Source of the DNA: a virus
Strand: one strand, 5' to 3'
Length of the DNA stretch: 57,203 nt
Virus record (IMG/VR): IMGVR_UViG_3300033153_006620
Coordinates: 1-57,203 of that record
In this document: positions 7,024 to 15,157 of the stretch, piece after piece
Numbering within the stretch: position 1 is the stretch's first letter
Layout of the letters: each line of letters opens with the position of its first letter
The notes under the pieces: model-generated
Told to the model about the DNA's origin: nothing
Database searches by the model: none
The model's input: only the letters and a program-made list of their open reading frames with translations
Translations under genes and position numbers: made by a program

Positions 7024-8709
7024 TTAGAGTTTTTCTATTGCCTCATAATGAGAATTTAACAATACTCCCAAGTCGCATTCAATGATGCCCAAGGCTATAA
7101 CTGCGGCTTCAGTTTTAACTACCGGACATCCTATAGCTTTTATTTCATTAAGGAAATTGAGGAGCTTTTCTTTATCGGGCCTACGTTTTTCTTTTGCTAT
7201 TGCCGCTTTTTCGGCTTTCTCTTCAGTCGCAAGCTTTTCTTTCTCTTTACGCTCAATATCTTCTTTAGCCTTTTTCTCAGCATCTTCAGTAGCCTTTTTC
7301 TTAGACAGCTCCAATTCCTCGGCTCGCTTTTTTTCTCTTTTGACGGCGGATTTCACGTTGTCTGTGAAGATTTTCAGTTCTTCATCGGATGTTAGGGTTG
7401 AATAATTAAAATAACCGATGATGTGATTATATTCAGTATTTTCATAACCCAAATCACACGATATATAACCGAAAGAGACTAAACATTCAATAGCGGAAAA
7501 TTTTCTCCTGGCAACATCTTTTTCGTCTTTTTCAATTTGCTCTTTTCGGGATTTTTCTTCCTTTTCTTTGAGTGCTGATATATCAGTTTTTAGCTGTTTA
7601 AAATATGTTTCAAACTCTTCAATTTCAAAATTCAAGATTTCAAGTCCAAGTGATAATTTTCCGTAGCAATAATGATCGTCAAGAGTTTTATGTAGCCCTA
7701 AACCAAGTAACAAATCATGTCTACGTTTTTTTTCTTTCTTCTCAGCTACAAGTTTTTCTTGTTCTTCTTTTTTCTCCTTTTCCTCTACTTTACGATCATG
7801 AAGTTTTTGTAGAGTGTTCTTTAGCTTCTGTAAATCTTCGTCGCATGTAAGCATAGAATAATGGTGCTTCTCAACAAAACTATTATTTTCGTGATCAAAA
7901 TTACCACCGTCACAAGCTATAAATCCAAGCGATATAAAAAAACTAATTGCAGAAAGCTCTCTTTCTTTCATTTCGGATTTTAGTTTTTCATCGGCAATGC
8001 GCTTGTTTTCATCTTTGATTCTTTTGTTCTCGGCTTCCTGGTCAGTCTTGATTTTAGCAAGTCGCTTTTCTTCCTTGCGGTTATTCTCTGCAATTTCAGT
8101 TTGCTTATCATCCTCAATTTTCTTTAAACGAGCCGTTTCTTTTTTTTCAGCGTCTACGGCAGTTTTCCATTTTGTAATATGAATAAGTTCCGCCGACATT
8201 TCATTTTCATCAAAATTCCAAATTTCATTGTCAGTAATTTGATGTTCTCCGTATACATAAGCAGAGCCATTGAATACAGCCCCGGCATCGCGCACCTGTT
8301 TTAATTGCGCTTCGTGACGGTCTTCTTTGGCCTTTTGCTTTTCGGCTGCAATAAGCTTATTTTCCTCTTCAATGAAATCTCTTTTTGCTTGCAAGCCTTT
8401 ACTGATGGGTTTCAACATATCTAACAATCTATTTTTTTCTGCATCAAATCTTTTTCCAGCTTCATTAACCCTTGCTTTTGCAAATTCATGTTTTTTGTTT
8501 ACGTTGCTTACGTGAGCTTTTGCAATTTGATGTTGTTTGTATACAAGATTAAAGCCTTCCTTATCATTCACACCGTTTATTTTAAGATTCTCACATTTAA
8601 TTTTAAGCTCTTCGATATCTACATCGGTCAATCCACACGCAATATCTTTTACTGTAGACATATCGATAGGGATAACTTCTTTCCCGGTTTTCTGCGTTTC
8701 GTTATTCAT
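7024..8709 (-). CDS. Lys/Glu-rich coiled-coil protein with repeated Cys-Asp modules; recombination-module accessory protein (function unknown)
   Basis: 561 aa. Three to four modules carry (L/F)G(F/Y/I)I.CD.G (aa 259-268, 412-421, 540-547) between K/E-rich stretches. The gene is next to the recombinase-like gene. Confidence 0.7.
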   Translation of the reverse strand: MNNETQKTGKEVIPIDMSTVKDIACGLTDVDIEELKIKCENLKINGVNDKEGFNLVYKQHQIAKAHVSNVNKKHEFAKARVNEAGKRFDAEKNRLLDMLKPISKGLQAKRDFIEEENKLIAAEKQKAKEDRHEAQLKQVRDAGAVFNGSAYVYGEHQITDNEIWNFDENEMSAELIHITKWKTAVDAEKKETARLKKIEDDKQTEIAENNRKEEKRLAKIKTDQEAENKRIKDENKRIADEKLKSEMKERELSAISFFISLGFIACDGGNFDHENNSFVEKHHYSMLTCDEDLQKLKNTLQKLHDRKVEEKEKKEEQEKLVAEKKEKKRRHDLLLGLGLHKTLDDHYCYGKLSLGLEILNFEIEEFETYFKQLKTDISALKEKEEKSRKEQIEKDEKDVARRKFSAIECLVSFGYISCDLGYENTEYNHIIGYFNYSTLTSDEELKIFTDNVKSAVKREKKRAEELELSKKKATEDAEKKAKEDIERKEKEKLATEEKAEKAAIAKEKRRPDKEKLLNFLNEIKAIGCPVVKTEAAVIALGIIECDLGVLLNSHYEAIEKL

Positions 8710-8742
8710 CTTTTCTCCCTCTAGTTTGTTTTAGTTTAAATA

Positions 8743-8771
8743 AATTTAATTAAATATTTGTGAGTTGGCAA
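8743..8771 (-). promoter_or_regulatory. Sigma70-type promoter TTGCCA-N17-TAAATT
   Basis: -35 at 8766-8771 and -10 at 8743-8748. The promoter-leader block is nearly identical to 9809-9837. Confidence 0.55.
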
Positions 8772-8844
8772 GTGAAACCCCACCCAGCATTAAAATGTAG
8801 AAGCTGTAAGACCTTTCGTTTTAAGTGAGCCGGGGGGGGGGTGA

Positions 8845-9780
8845 TTAAAATGGTAAATCGTCTTCTTTCTTTTCATTATCTGTGCGCTCATCACCGTCCC
8901 ATGCGGATTTTAATGTGTTAAAATATGCTTTATGCTCCGGCAACATCCATGATTGAGCGTCCACAGTTGTTTGGAATTCGTTCCAATCTTCAATCTTACT
9001 TGCATTCTTAACAAGATTATCAATCCACCTGATAGCCGCTTTATCCCTCTCTACGGGGTCTACGTCTGCATTCCTTTGTTGCGGTTGTTTCTTTGTGGCC
9101 GCTTTTGGCTGTTCGGAAACATCAGCATTTTGTTTTATTTCCTCAATATCCTGTGTGAAAATATCACTTGCAGCGGTCGCAGTGAGGACAGCATCAACAT
9201 GGGCACGCTTCTTTGCCATTTTTAGAACGGTGTTAAAACAATCTGCCAAATCCTCATTCTCAGTTTTCCCCTGAGGCTGATCTACGATTCTCGAATCTTC
9301 AAATGAAAACTTGCTATCGCATCCGCCCTTTTTTTTCCAACAAAACCAACCCTTTTTCCCATTATTATATTCAGGTTTAGCGGGAAAAATGGCTGCATTT
9401 CCACACTCAGGGCAAATTAATTCTGCTTTGCGATACCGGTATTTAGATTCCATAGAAGAACATAAACCAACCCCTTGCGCTACTCTTTGACCACTAGGTA
9501 TATGAGTTAGTGTACATATCATTTCATACTCCCTATGCCCATGCTCTAAATTTTTAGCATGTATCTCATATGTTGGGGATAAACGAAACGTAGTGCATAT
9601 TTTTTCAGCCCCAGGCTTTAGCAATGTTGGCTTGGTTCCACACCCCGGTATCACGCCATAATGAACGTCTTTTTGCATCACTTGCCTCATTGTCTCCTGC
9701 AAAACATTAACCTGTTTTTGCATGATTTCTGGGGTCATTGCGTGATCTTCCATGTTTATCACTTGTATTTCTGTATTCAT
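8845..9780 (-). CDS. Putative ssDNA-annealing/recombination protein with an inserted zinc ribbon (family assignment uncertain)
   Basis: VHYGVIPGCGTKPTLLKPGAEKI and KMAKKRAHVDAVLTATAASDIFTQD resemble phage recombinase cores; insertion CPECG..(23)..CWKKKGGC; position in the early recombination module. Confidence 0.35.
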   Translation of the reverse strand: MNTEIQVINMEDHAMTPEIMQKQVNVLQETMRQVMQKDVHYGVIPGCGTKPTLLKPGAEKICTTFRLSPTYEIHAKNLEHGHREYEMICTLTHIPSGQRVAQGVGLCSSMESKYRYRKAELICPECGNAAIFPAKPEYNNGKKGWFCWKKKGGCDSKFSFEDSRIVDQPQGKTENEDLADCFNTVLKMAKKRAHVDAVLTATAASDIFTQDIEEIKQNADVSEQPKAATKKQPQQRNADVDPVERDKAAIRWIDNLVKNASKIEDWNEFQTTVDAQSWMLPEHKAYFNTLKSAWDGDERTDNEKKEDDLPF

Positions 9781-9808
9781 ATCTCTCCTCCGTTAATTAG
9801 TTTAAATA

Positions 9809-9837
9809 AGTTTAATTAAATTTATTAAAGTTTGCAA
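9809..9837 (-). promoter_or_regulatory. Sigma70-type promoter TTGCAA-N17-TAAACT
   Basis: -35 at 9832-9837 and -10 at 9809-9814, followed by TATTTAAACTAA as at 8743. Confidence 0.55.
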
Positions 9838-9846
9838 GGACTAATG

Positions 9847-10092
9847 TTATTCTTTTTCTCCTTTGATTAGATTTTCAATCTCTTCATCTAAAAGTTTCTT
9901 TCTGGTGCGTTCACCGAAACCCAACATTTCGGACATGGTTGAATTATTTTCAAGCATGAGTTTATTTGTATCTTCAATAAGCTTCCTTAATTTCTTTTCG
10001 TTCTCATATTTCTTTTTGTAATTCGGTTGGAGTAGTAAAATTGCACATAGAAACGCTGTGCATATGATGATTACCGCTATTAGATTTTCCAT
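9847..10092 (-). CDS. Small membrane-anchored protein
   Basis: N-terminal hydrophobic helix LIAVIIICTAFLCAILLL, then a charged coiled segment. Confidence 0.55.
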   Translation of the reverse strand: MENLIAVIIICTAFLCAILLLQPNYKKKYENEKKLRKLIEDTNKLMLENNSTMSEMLGFGERTRKKLLDEEIENLIKGEKE

Positions 10093-10394
10093 TATAGTAC
10101 CCCAAAATAATCTTTGTATTCGTTCGGTTTATTGTATTGTGGATCTTTAATTTCGACTACTGAAGATGTGGAGCCACCATTACCCGCAATATCAAAATAA
10201 AGAATCCAAAATCCTTTCGTTCCGTGGGTGTGTGAATATCCACGCCATTTGTCTATTTTATGCCCGTCAGCCTTTTTAAACGCCTGTTTTAAGAGTCGCT
10301 CCTTTGTATCCATGGGCATTTTCCAGGCGTGTTCACATGGTATAACAGCGGCATGGCGGGTCATTTTGAAGCCTCCTTCTTTTTCTGATTCCAT
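10092..10394 (-). CDS. Hypothetical protein, paralog of 10361-10615
   Basis: Shares IPC..P.K.RL..Q.F.K.D...I....HT.G...WIL.F.I.NG..ST with its neighbour. Confidence 0.6.
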   Translation of the reverse strand: MESEKEGGFKMTRHAAVIPCEHAWKMPMDTKERLLKQAFKKADGHKIDKWRGYSHTHGTKGFWILYFDIAGNGGSTSSVVEIKDPQYNKPNEYKDYFGVL

Positions 10395-10615
10395 TCTTCG
10401 ATTATTTTTAGCTCCGTTACTGTGCTAAGTTTGCCATTCCTGATTTGGAAAGAGAGAATCCACACTGCGCGAATGCCTGTTGTGTGAAGCCATTTACAGT
10501 GCGTAATGTGCCTTTTATCTTCCTTGCCGAACACTTGACTTATCAGCCTACGTTTTACCTTTTGGGGTACGCTAACATTTGCATTGCAGGGTATAAGATT
10601 TTCGCGGTAATCCAT
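10361..10615 (-). CDS. Hypothetical protein, paralog of 10092-10394
   Basis: See the paralog; tandem arrangement with a 34-nt overlap. Confidence 0.6.
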   Translation of the reverse strand: MDYRENLIPCNANVSVPQKVKRRLISQVFGKEDKRHITHCKWLHTTGIRAVWILSFQIRNGKLSTVTELKIIEEWNQKKKEASK

Positions 10616-10773
10616 TAGGGAGCCTCGCTAATCTCTATTCCCAACGCTTTTTTTAATATAACTTCAATTTGAGAAGCTACTTTTGCGCCGCTATTTTCTT
10701 CTATCGCTTCCAGCATATTGAATACTCTTTCATCGATTGTAATGTTTTTGCTTCGTCTTTTTATTTTTGGCAT
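10615..10773 (-). CDS. Small ribbon-helix-helix-like protein (52 aa, below the ORF-track cutoff)
   Basis: MPKIKRRSKNITIDERVFNMLEAIEENSGAKVASQIEVILKKAL: basic tail, beta-strand and two helices; its stop overlaps the next ATG (TAATG). Confidence 0.45.
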   Translation of the reverse strand: MPKIKRRSKNITIDERVFNMLEAIEENSGAKVASQIEVILKKALGIEISEAP

Positions 10774-10800
10774 GATTTTCCTTTTGTTGATTGTGTGTGT

Positions 10801-11061
10801 TTATATTCCCAAAACTAGATTCATAAAATTCTGTTTAAATTCATCATTAGTTAAAAACTTCATTCGGAATTTGTCGTATTTTTCGGCTGCTGCATCTACG
10901 TAAGCAAGTAAAATTCTTTTCTGATTTTCTTCGGTTTCATTCATAAATGCTTTTATAATATTATCTTGAGCCATACCGTCAACTACAGACATCAAGAAAA
11001 ATTTTGCATCTGAAACTGAAACGTTCGTGATTTTTGCATATTCTTCTATTTTCATTTTCAC
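10801..11061 (-). CDS. Hypothetical protein
   Basis: Co-directional ORF; AAGGAGTG before the ATG. Confidence 0.6.
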   Translation of the reverse strand: MKMKIEEYAKITNVSVSDAKFFLMSVVDGMAQDNIIKAFMNETEENQKRILLAYVDAAAEKYDKFRMKFLTNDEFKQNFMNLVLGI

Positions 11062-11112
11062 TCCTTAATTTTGATTTCCCAGACGCATACATAATATGCG
11101 TTTCGGCCCGTA

Positions 11113-11640
11113 TCAATGGGCCTCGTCAGTGGGTTCCCACGCTTTACTAAACTCTTCATCGGAAAACAATTCTGCTAATCCTGTTATTTGTTTTAATCTT
11201 AATACCTCATCGGGATCCATGCCTAATTCTTTTGCAATTTTTTTTTCATTCCAATTTCTTTTCGACAACTCCAGCACTATGTCAGACATAGATTCAACTT
11301 GATGTTTACCTCTAGCTCTGTTATGCCTAATTGTGGAAGCTATCCGGTCATTACGTTCCGTTCTACTGTTGTTTATAACAACAACCGGTAGATGAGTTAG
11401 TCCTAATTTTTTACCAACTAAATGCCGGTGAAAACCATCTATAACCTGATATTTATCATCAACTTTCCAAACAACTATCGGTTGGGTGAATCCATCAGCT
11501 TTAATGCTTCTTTCTAATAATTTCATTTCAGGCGGAGCTACTTTATTAGGATTATAATCATTAGCCAAAACATTGCGTGTCACTACCCATATAACCTTTG
11601 AAACAGGATGCTTATCAATCCAATTCATATCAGTTTCCAT
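11113..11640 (-). CDS. ParB-like nuclease-domain protein (IbrB-like)
   Basis: DGFHRH and TIRHNRARGKH motifs of the ParB/Srx N-terminal fold; overlaps and follows the PAPS-reductase-like gene. Confidence 0.75.
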   Translation of the reverse strand: METDMNWIDKHPVSKVIWVVTRNVLANDYNPNKVAPPEMKLLERSIKADGFTQPIVVWKVDDKYQVIDGFHRHLVGKKLGLTHLPVVVINNSRTERNDRIASTIRHNRARGKHQVESMSDIVLELSKRNWNEKKIAKELGMDPDEVLRLKQITGLAELFSDEEFSKAWEPTDEAH

Positions 11641-12821
11641 TCTTGCCGCCTTCTTTTCATTATCTTTTTGTATTTGTCATATGCCTCGCTTTTGGTCTGA
11701 GTAAAGCTTAATCCTTTGCACCAATAATCATTCTTTAAAAGAGCCTTGCATATTCTTTTCCAATTCGGTTTATCTTTGGTAATCGCGCCTTCATCAGGTA
11801 TTCCGTTAGGGTATCCTCTATCATAATACCATTTTAAAAAAACCGCTATTTTATTTCTATAATGTTCTTGGGTTTGCTTAGGCATTGACTGTAGTATCAT
11901 TTTAGAAAAAGATTCCCATGTATGTATGTCCGGTTTGGATAATGTAATATTACCGAGTATATTTCCGCTTTCTTTAGCGTATAATGCACCTTGATTCACA
12001 CCATTCACCCTTAGTAATATTTTAGTCCATGTTTCCGGCTCTATAATTTGAAACAGCCATAAGCCTTTTCTTTGGTCGTCTCCATAGGGTTGACAAATTC
12101 GCATTTGATGAATAGTGAGTCCTGCTAAATGCATCCTATCATACAGTCTATTGTAACATTTTTGAGTTTTCGCTATATATATCCAATCATCTCTTGTTCT
12201 CCAATCATATATTGGGTATGCATTATACAAATTGTTACTGCACCACGTTGTCCACTGGTGAGACATTAATGTTTGTTTTCTGGTGCTACATATAGTTCTA
12301 TATCTATTCAGGCTCTCATCGGTTCTTATCCCAACAAAACAGGCTGTTAATTTCCCTTTACCATACCAATGTCCAAATTGAGGGACAAACTCTTCAAACT
12401 CCATACCTTTTTTGAAAAAAGGAAAATAATTAATATCAGTGATGGCGAATTTAGGAGGAGTTCTTACCCACAAATCTTTCACATCTTCATCCCAACATAT
12501 CCAATGAGGTTGATATTGACTTACAGCGTTTCTTAGGTGAAGTGGTAAAGATACCCAAAAAGGATTTATGTAGTCTTTATATAATTTGTACATTTCTAAG
12601 CAATGCTCAATTGTCAGTTTATACTGAGCCTCAAGATCAACAAAAAGAACCCCTATTTTTTTATTGCGTTTAATAGCCTCGTCCATCACTAAGTGAAGCA
12701 TTACCGTGCTATCTTTCCCTCCCGAAAAACTTAAATAGATCATTGGTACGTTATCGAAAACCCATGAAATCCGTTGCTTTGCGGCTTCGTGTACATTTAT
12801 TTCTAATGGGATTTTAGCCAC
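11625..12821 (-). CDS. PAPS-reductase-family (adenine-nucleotide alpha-hydrolase) protein, IbrA-like
   Basis: PP-loop SFSGGKDSTVMLHL near the N-terminus; about 400 aa with a long C-terminal extension; paired with the ParB-like gene. Confidence 0.75.
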   Translation of the reverse strand: MAKIPLEINVHEAAKQRISWVFDNVPMIYLSFSGGKDSTVMLHLVMDEAIKRNKKIGVLFVDLEAQYKLTIEHCLEMYKLYKDYINPFWVSLPLHLRNAVSQYQPHWICWDEDVKDLWVRTPPKFAITDINYFPFFKKGMEFEEFVPQFGHWYGKGKLTACFVGIRTDESLNRYRTICSTRKQTLMSHQWTTWCSNNLYNAYPIYDWRTRDDWIYIAKTQKCYNRLYDRMHLAGLTIHQMRICQPYGDDQRKGLWLFQIIEPETWTKILLRVNGVNQGALYAKESGNILGNITLSKPDIHTWESFSKMILQSMPKQTQEHYRNKIAVFLKWYYDRGYPNGIPDEGAITKDKPNWKRICKALLKNDYWCKGLSFTQTKSEAYDKYKKIMKRRRQEWKLI

Positions 12822-13198
12822 TTGTCAACCTCTTGTTTAGATAATTTTATTACATCTCCGCAATTGTTAATTTTACAAAAATACCTATCAGTATTTTTCC
12901 AGCTTTTAGGTTCACTTACTTCATATATTTTATTTTCATTTAATAGAAAGAAAACATATACCCCCCTACTTCCTTTACTATTTGAATGTGTATAATCAAA
13001 TTTTCCTTTTAAAAAAAAGCGGCTATATTTATAAACAGCATCAAATCCCGTGATTTCAGCGCACCAGTATCTTTTGGGTACGCTACCAATAGCAGCGTAC
13101 CCCAATCCAGGAAGAATCTCGTTATACATATTTGTATAAAACTTTAATGTTTCGTTAAGGTCACTACCTATCGCTTCTAATTTTATTTGTGTAAGCAT
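12803..13198 (-). CDS. Hypothetical protein
   Basis: Co-directional ORF overlapping the next gene. Confidence 0.6.
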   Translation of the reverse strand: MLTQIKLEAIGSDLNETLKFYTNMYNEILPGLGYAAIGSVPKRYWCAEITGFDAVYKYSRFFLKGKFDYTHSNSKGSRGVYVFFLLNENKIYEVSEPKSWKNTDRYFCKINNCGDVIKLSKQEVDKWLKSH

Positions 13199-13211
13199 TA
13201 TGATTAATTAA

Positions 13212-13448
13212 TCAAAAATTGGGGGAATATTCTTCTTTTTCGATCGGTGTATATCCTCTTACAATAACATTACCGCTATGATCCCACATCCGGAAGCCGT
13301 GTTTGAGAGCATGGCGATTACCCACTTGTCCGCCATTAATCGATCGACTGTCAAGACATACGGGAAAATTAGCTCTAACTATTAATTTAACATGAGCTTC
13401 TTTTGTTGCACAAAAAAGACTTTTTTCGTTATAATCATTAATTTTCAT
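13212..13448 (-). CDS. Hypothetical protein (start moved to ATG 13448)
   Basis: GAGGGAATCAAA precedes ATG 13448; the longer version would start inside the promoter. Confidence 0.55.
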   Translation of the reverse strand: MKINDYNEKSLFCATKEAHVKLIVRANFPVCLDSRSINGGQVGNRHALKHGFRMWDHSGNVIVRGYTPIEKEEYSPNF

Positions 13449-13487
13449 TTTGATTCCCTCGTTTGTTGTGTTGTTTAACATGATTAG

Positions 13488-13516
13488 AATATACCACACT
13501 ATGCAACTAATGTCTA
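13488..13516 (-). promoter_or_regulatory. Sigma70-type promoter TAGACA-N17-TGgTATATT (extended -10)
   Basis: -35 at 13511-13516 and -10 at 13488-13493, with TGG immediately upstream of the -10. Confidence 0.55.
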
Positions 13517-13517
13517 C

Positions 13518-13548
13518 TAAATAGTTGATATTTGTTGTAAATAGTTGA
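13518..13548. repeat. Two direct copies of TAAATAGTTGA, 20 bp apart, immediately upstream of the -35
   Basis: 13518-13528 and 13538-13548 are identical 11-mers. Confidence 0.8.
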
Positions 13549-13632
13549 GATAATTTGAGAAGTGGCGGAATTGGGGTGGAATCGGGGTTTTTTAGTGAAA
13601 AATAAATGCCGGATAATTAGGTTTTGGAATGG

Positions 13633-13656
13633 AAAAACCCCAGGTTCAACGAAACC
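13633..13656 (-). terminator. Weak terminator-like hairpin plus U-tract after the GT2-TPR gene
   Basis: Minus-sense GGUUU-CGUU-GAACC, then UGGGGUUUUU. Confidence 0.3.
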
Positions 13657-13685
13657 CAGGTCTTTTCGGTTTAGGAGGTGAAAAT

Positions 13686-14936
13686 CTATGGAGACAATCT
13701 GAATTTTTCTTTTAAGCCGGCTAATTCTGACATTATTTTATCTGATTTTTTTGATCGCCCGATCGCGACATAACAACAAGAAAGCGATGTGTACAAATCT
13801 TCTAAATTCGGGTAAGCTCTTTTTGCTTGCAATAAGCATTTGATGGCCTTTTTATATTTCCGGTCTTTTATGTAGATGTTAGAAAGTCCAATAAACGAAA
13901 ACATTTTTATGGAATCCACGTCAATACCAATAGAACCAGGCTTATAAGGCGTTTCTAGGGCCAATTTAAACCAACGCTCTGCGATTGTGCTATCATTCAA
14001 AATCACATGCAAACGGGCTAGATAGTAGATGGCATTGAGATTATGCTTATTCGATGCAAATGATTCTTCGAGTCTCACGATAGCTCGTTTATACTGTTTT
14101 AAATGCACTAATCCCATGGCAATATTGTAAGGGACCATGGTATGGATATCAGACTGGATTTTCTTTAGATTAGGAATTTTCAGGCACTTCTCATAAATGG
14201 AAATTCCGCGCTCCCATTCTCCAATTGTAAAGTGGGAATCGGCTAATGACATCGTAAAGCTGGGATCCGCACCAATTAGTTCGGGCTCCAAATTTGATAT
14301 TCGAATATTCCGGATAGCCTTTCTTTCGCGCTCCTCCCGGTTTTCGTATCCTGTGTGATAGATTTTGGCCGGTATGTAGTGACAATACAGTCCAAGTTCA
14401 GCGGCAGATCCCATGACTTGTTCATGTATCCGACGCTCAAATCTTATTTTGGGATGATTAGGAAACATTCTTATCTGCACGAAACGGGTTCCTATGGGCT
14501 GGCCGTCATTCGTATTTATAATATTAAATCCGAATATCCCACTTAATGGGGCGGTTTTTAAAAGATTAATCCCTTCGATTGATTCTTTTGGAATGCGGTC
14601 ATCTGCGTCAATCCAAAGAATCCATTTGTGAGATGCCATTTCAATGGATTGGTTTCGGGCAAGCGCGAAGTCGTCTTCCCAATCAGCAAATATCCTTGTT
14701 ATGTTTTTATCATACCCATGTTTAAAATTTCTCACAATTTTACCGGTCTGATCTTTGGAACCCGTATCATTGACAACTATTTGATCGGCTACTGGGATTA
14801 ATGATTCAAGACATTCAAGAATGTTATTCTCCTCATTTCGAACTATCATACACACCGTAAGCCCGTCTTTATAATCGGATTCTAAAGGCTTCTTTATTGT
14901 GCCAAATTTGGAGTTTAGGTCTATGTTATATTTCAT
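13686..14936 (-). CDS. Family-2 (GT-A) glycosyltransferase with a C-terminal TPR-like helical domain
   Basis: LTVCMIVRNEE..VVNDTGSKD..WIDADD (DXD); the C-terminal approx. 200 aa have repeated helical-pair (TPR-like) periodicity. Confidence 0.75.
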   Translation of the reverse strand: MKYNIDLNSKFGTIKKPLESDYKDGLTVCMIVRNEENNILECLESLIPVADQIVVNDTGSKDQTGKIVRNFKHGYDKNITRIFADWEDDFALARNQSIEMASHKWILWIDADDRIPKESIEGINLLKTAPLSGIFGFNIINTNDGQPIGTRFVQIRMFPNHPKIRFERRIHEQVMGSAAELGLYCHYIPAKIYHTGYENREERERKAIRNIRISNLEPELIGADPSFTMSLADSHFTIGEWERGISIYEKCLKIPNLKKIQSDIHTMVPYNIAMGLVHLKQYKRAIVRLEESFASNKHNLNAIYYLARLHVILNDSTIAERWFKLALETPYKPGSIGIDVDSIKMFSFIGLSNIYIKDRKYKKAIKCLLQAKRAYPNLEDLYTSLSCCYVAIGRSKKSDKIMSELAGLKEKFRLSP

Positions 14937-15157
14937 ATTCTACGTACCGAATCGATGATTAACTCACTCTTTTTATAATGGCCTTCAATTTCTTTATTAT
15001 GAGAACTTCCTTCAGCTAAATCTACTCCACAGGAATAAAAAGGACCATTCTGAATTTCATTTAATGAAAAATGAGTTAATTCAAATTCATCAATGATGGT
15101 TATGCCACTCTCTTTGTGTGATTTTGTTATGTATCCGCCGGGATTTAAGCTACTCAT
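14933..15157 (-). CDS. Small hypothetical protein (74 aa), translationally coupled between the radical-SAM and GT2-TPR genes
   Basis: 4-nt overlaps on both sides; no motif recognised. Confidence 0.55.
   Translation of the reverse strand: MSSLNPGGYITKSHKESGITIIDEFELTHFSLNEIQNGPFYSCGVDLAEGSSHNKEIEGHYKKSELIIDSVRRI

Noticed and set aside
11113-11640. ParB-like protein as evidence for a plasmid-prophage partition system
   Set aside because: There is no ParA partner or parS-like repeat array. The gene is fused in an operon with a PAPS-reductase-like gene (IbrAB-type pair).
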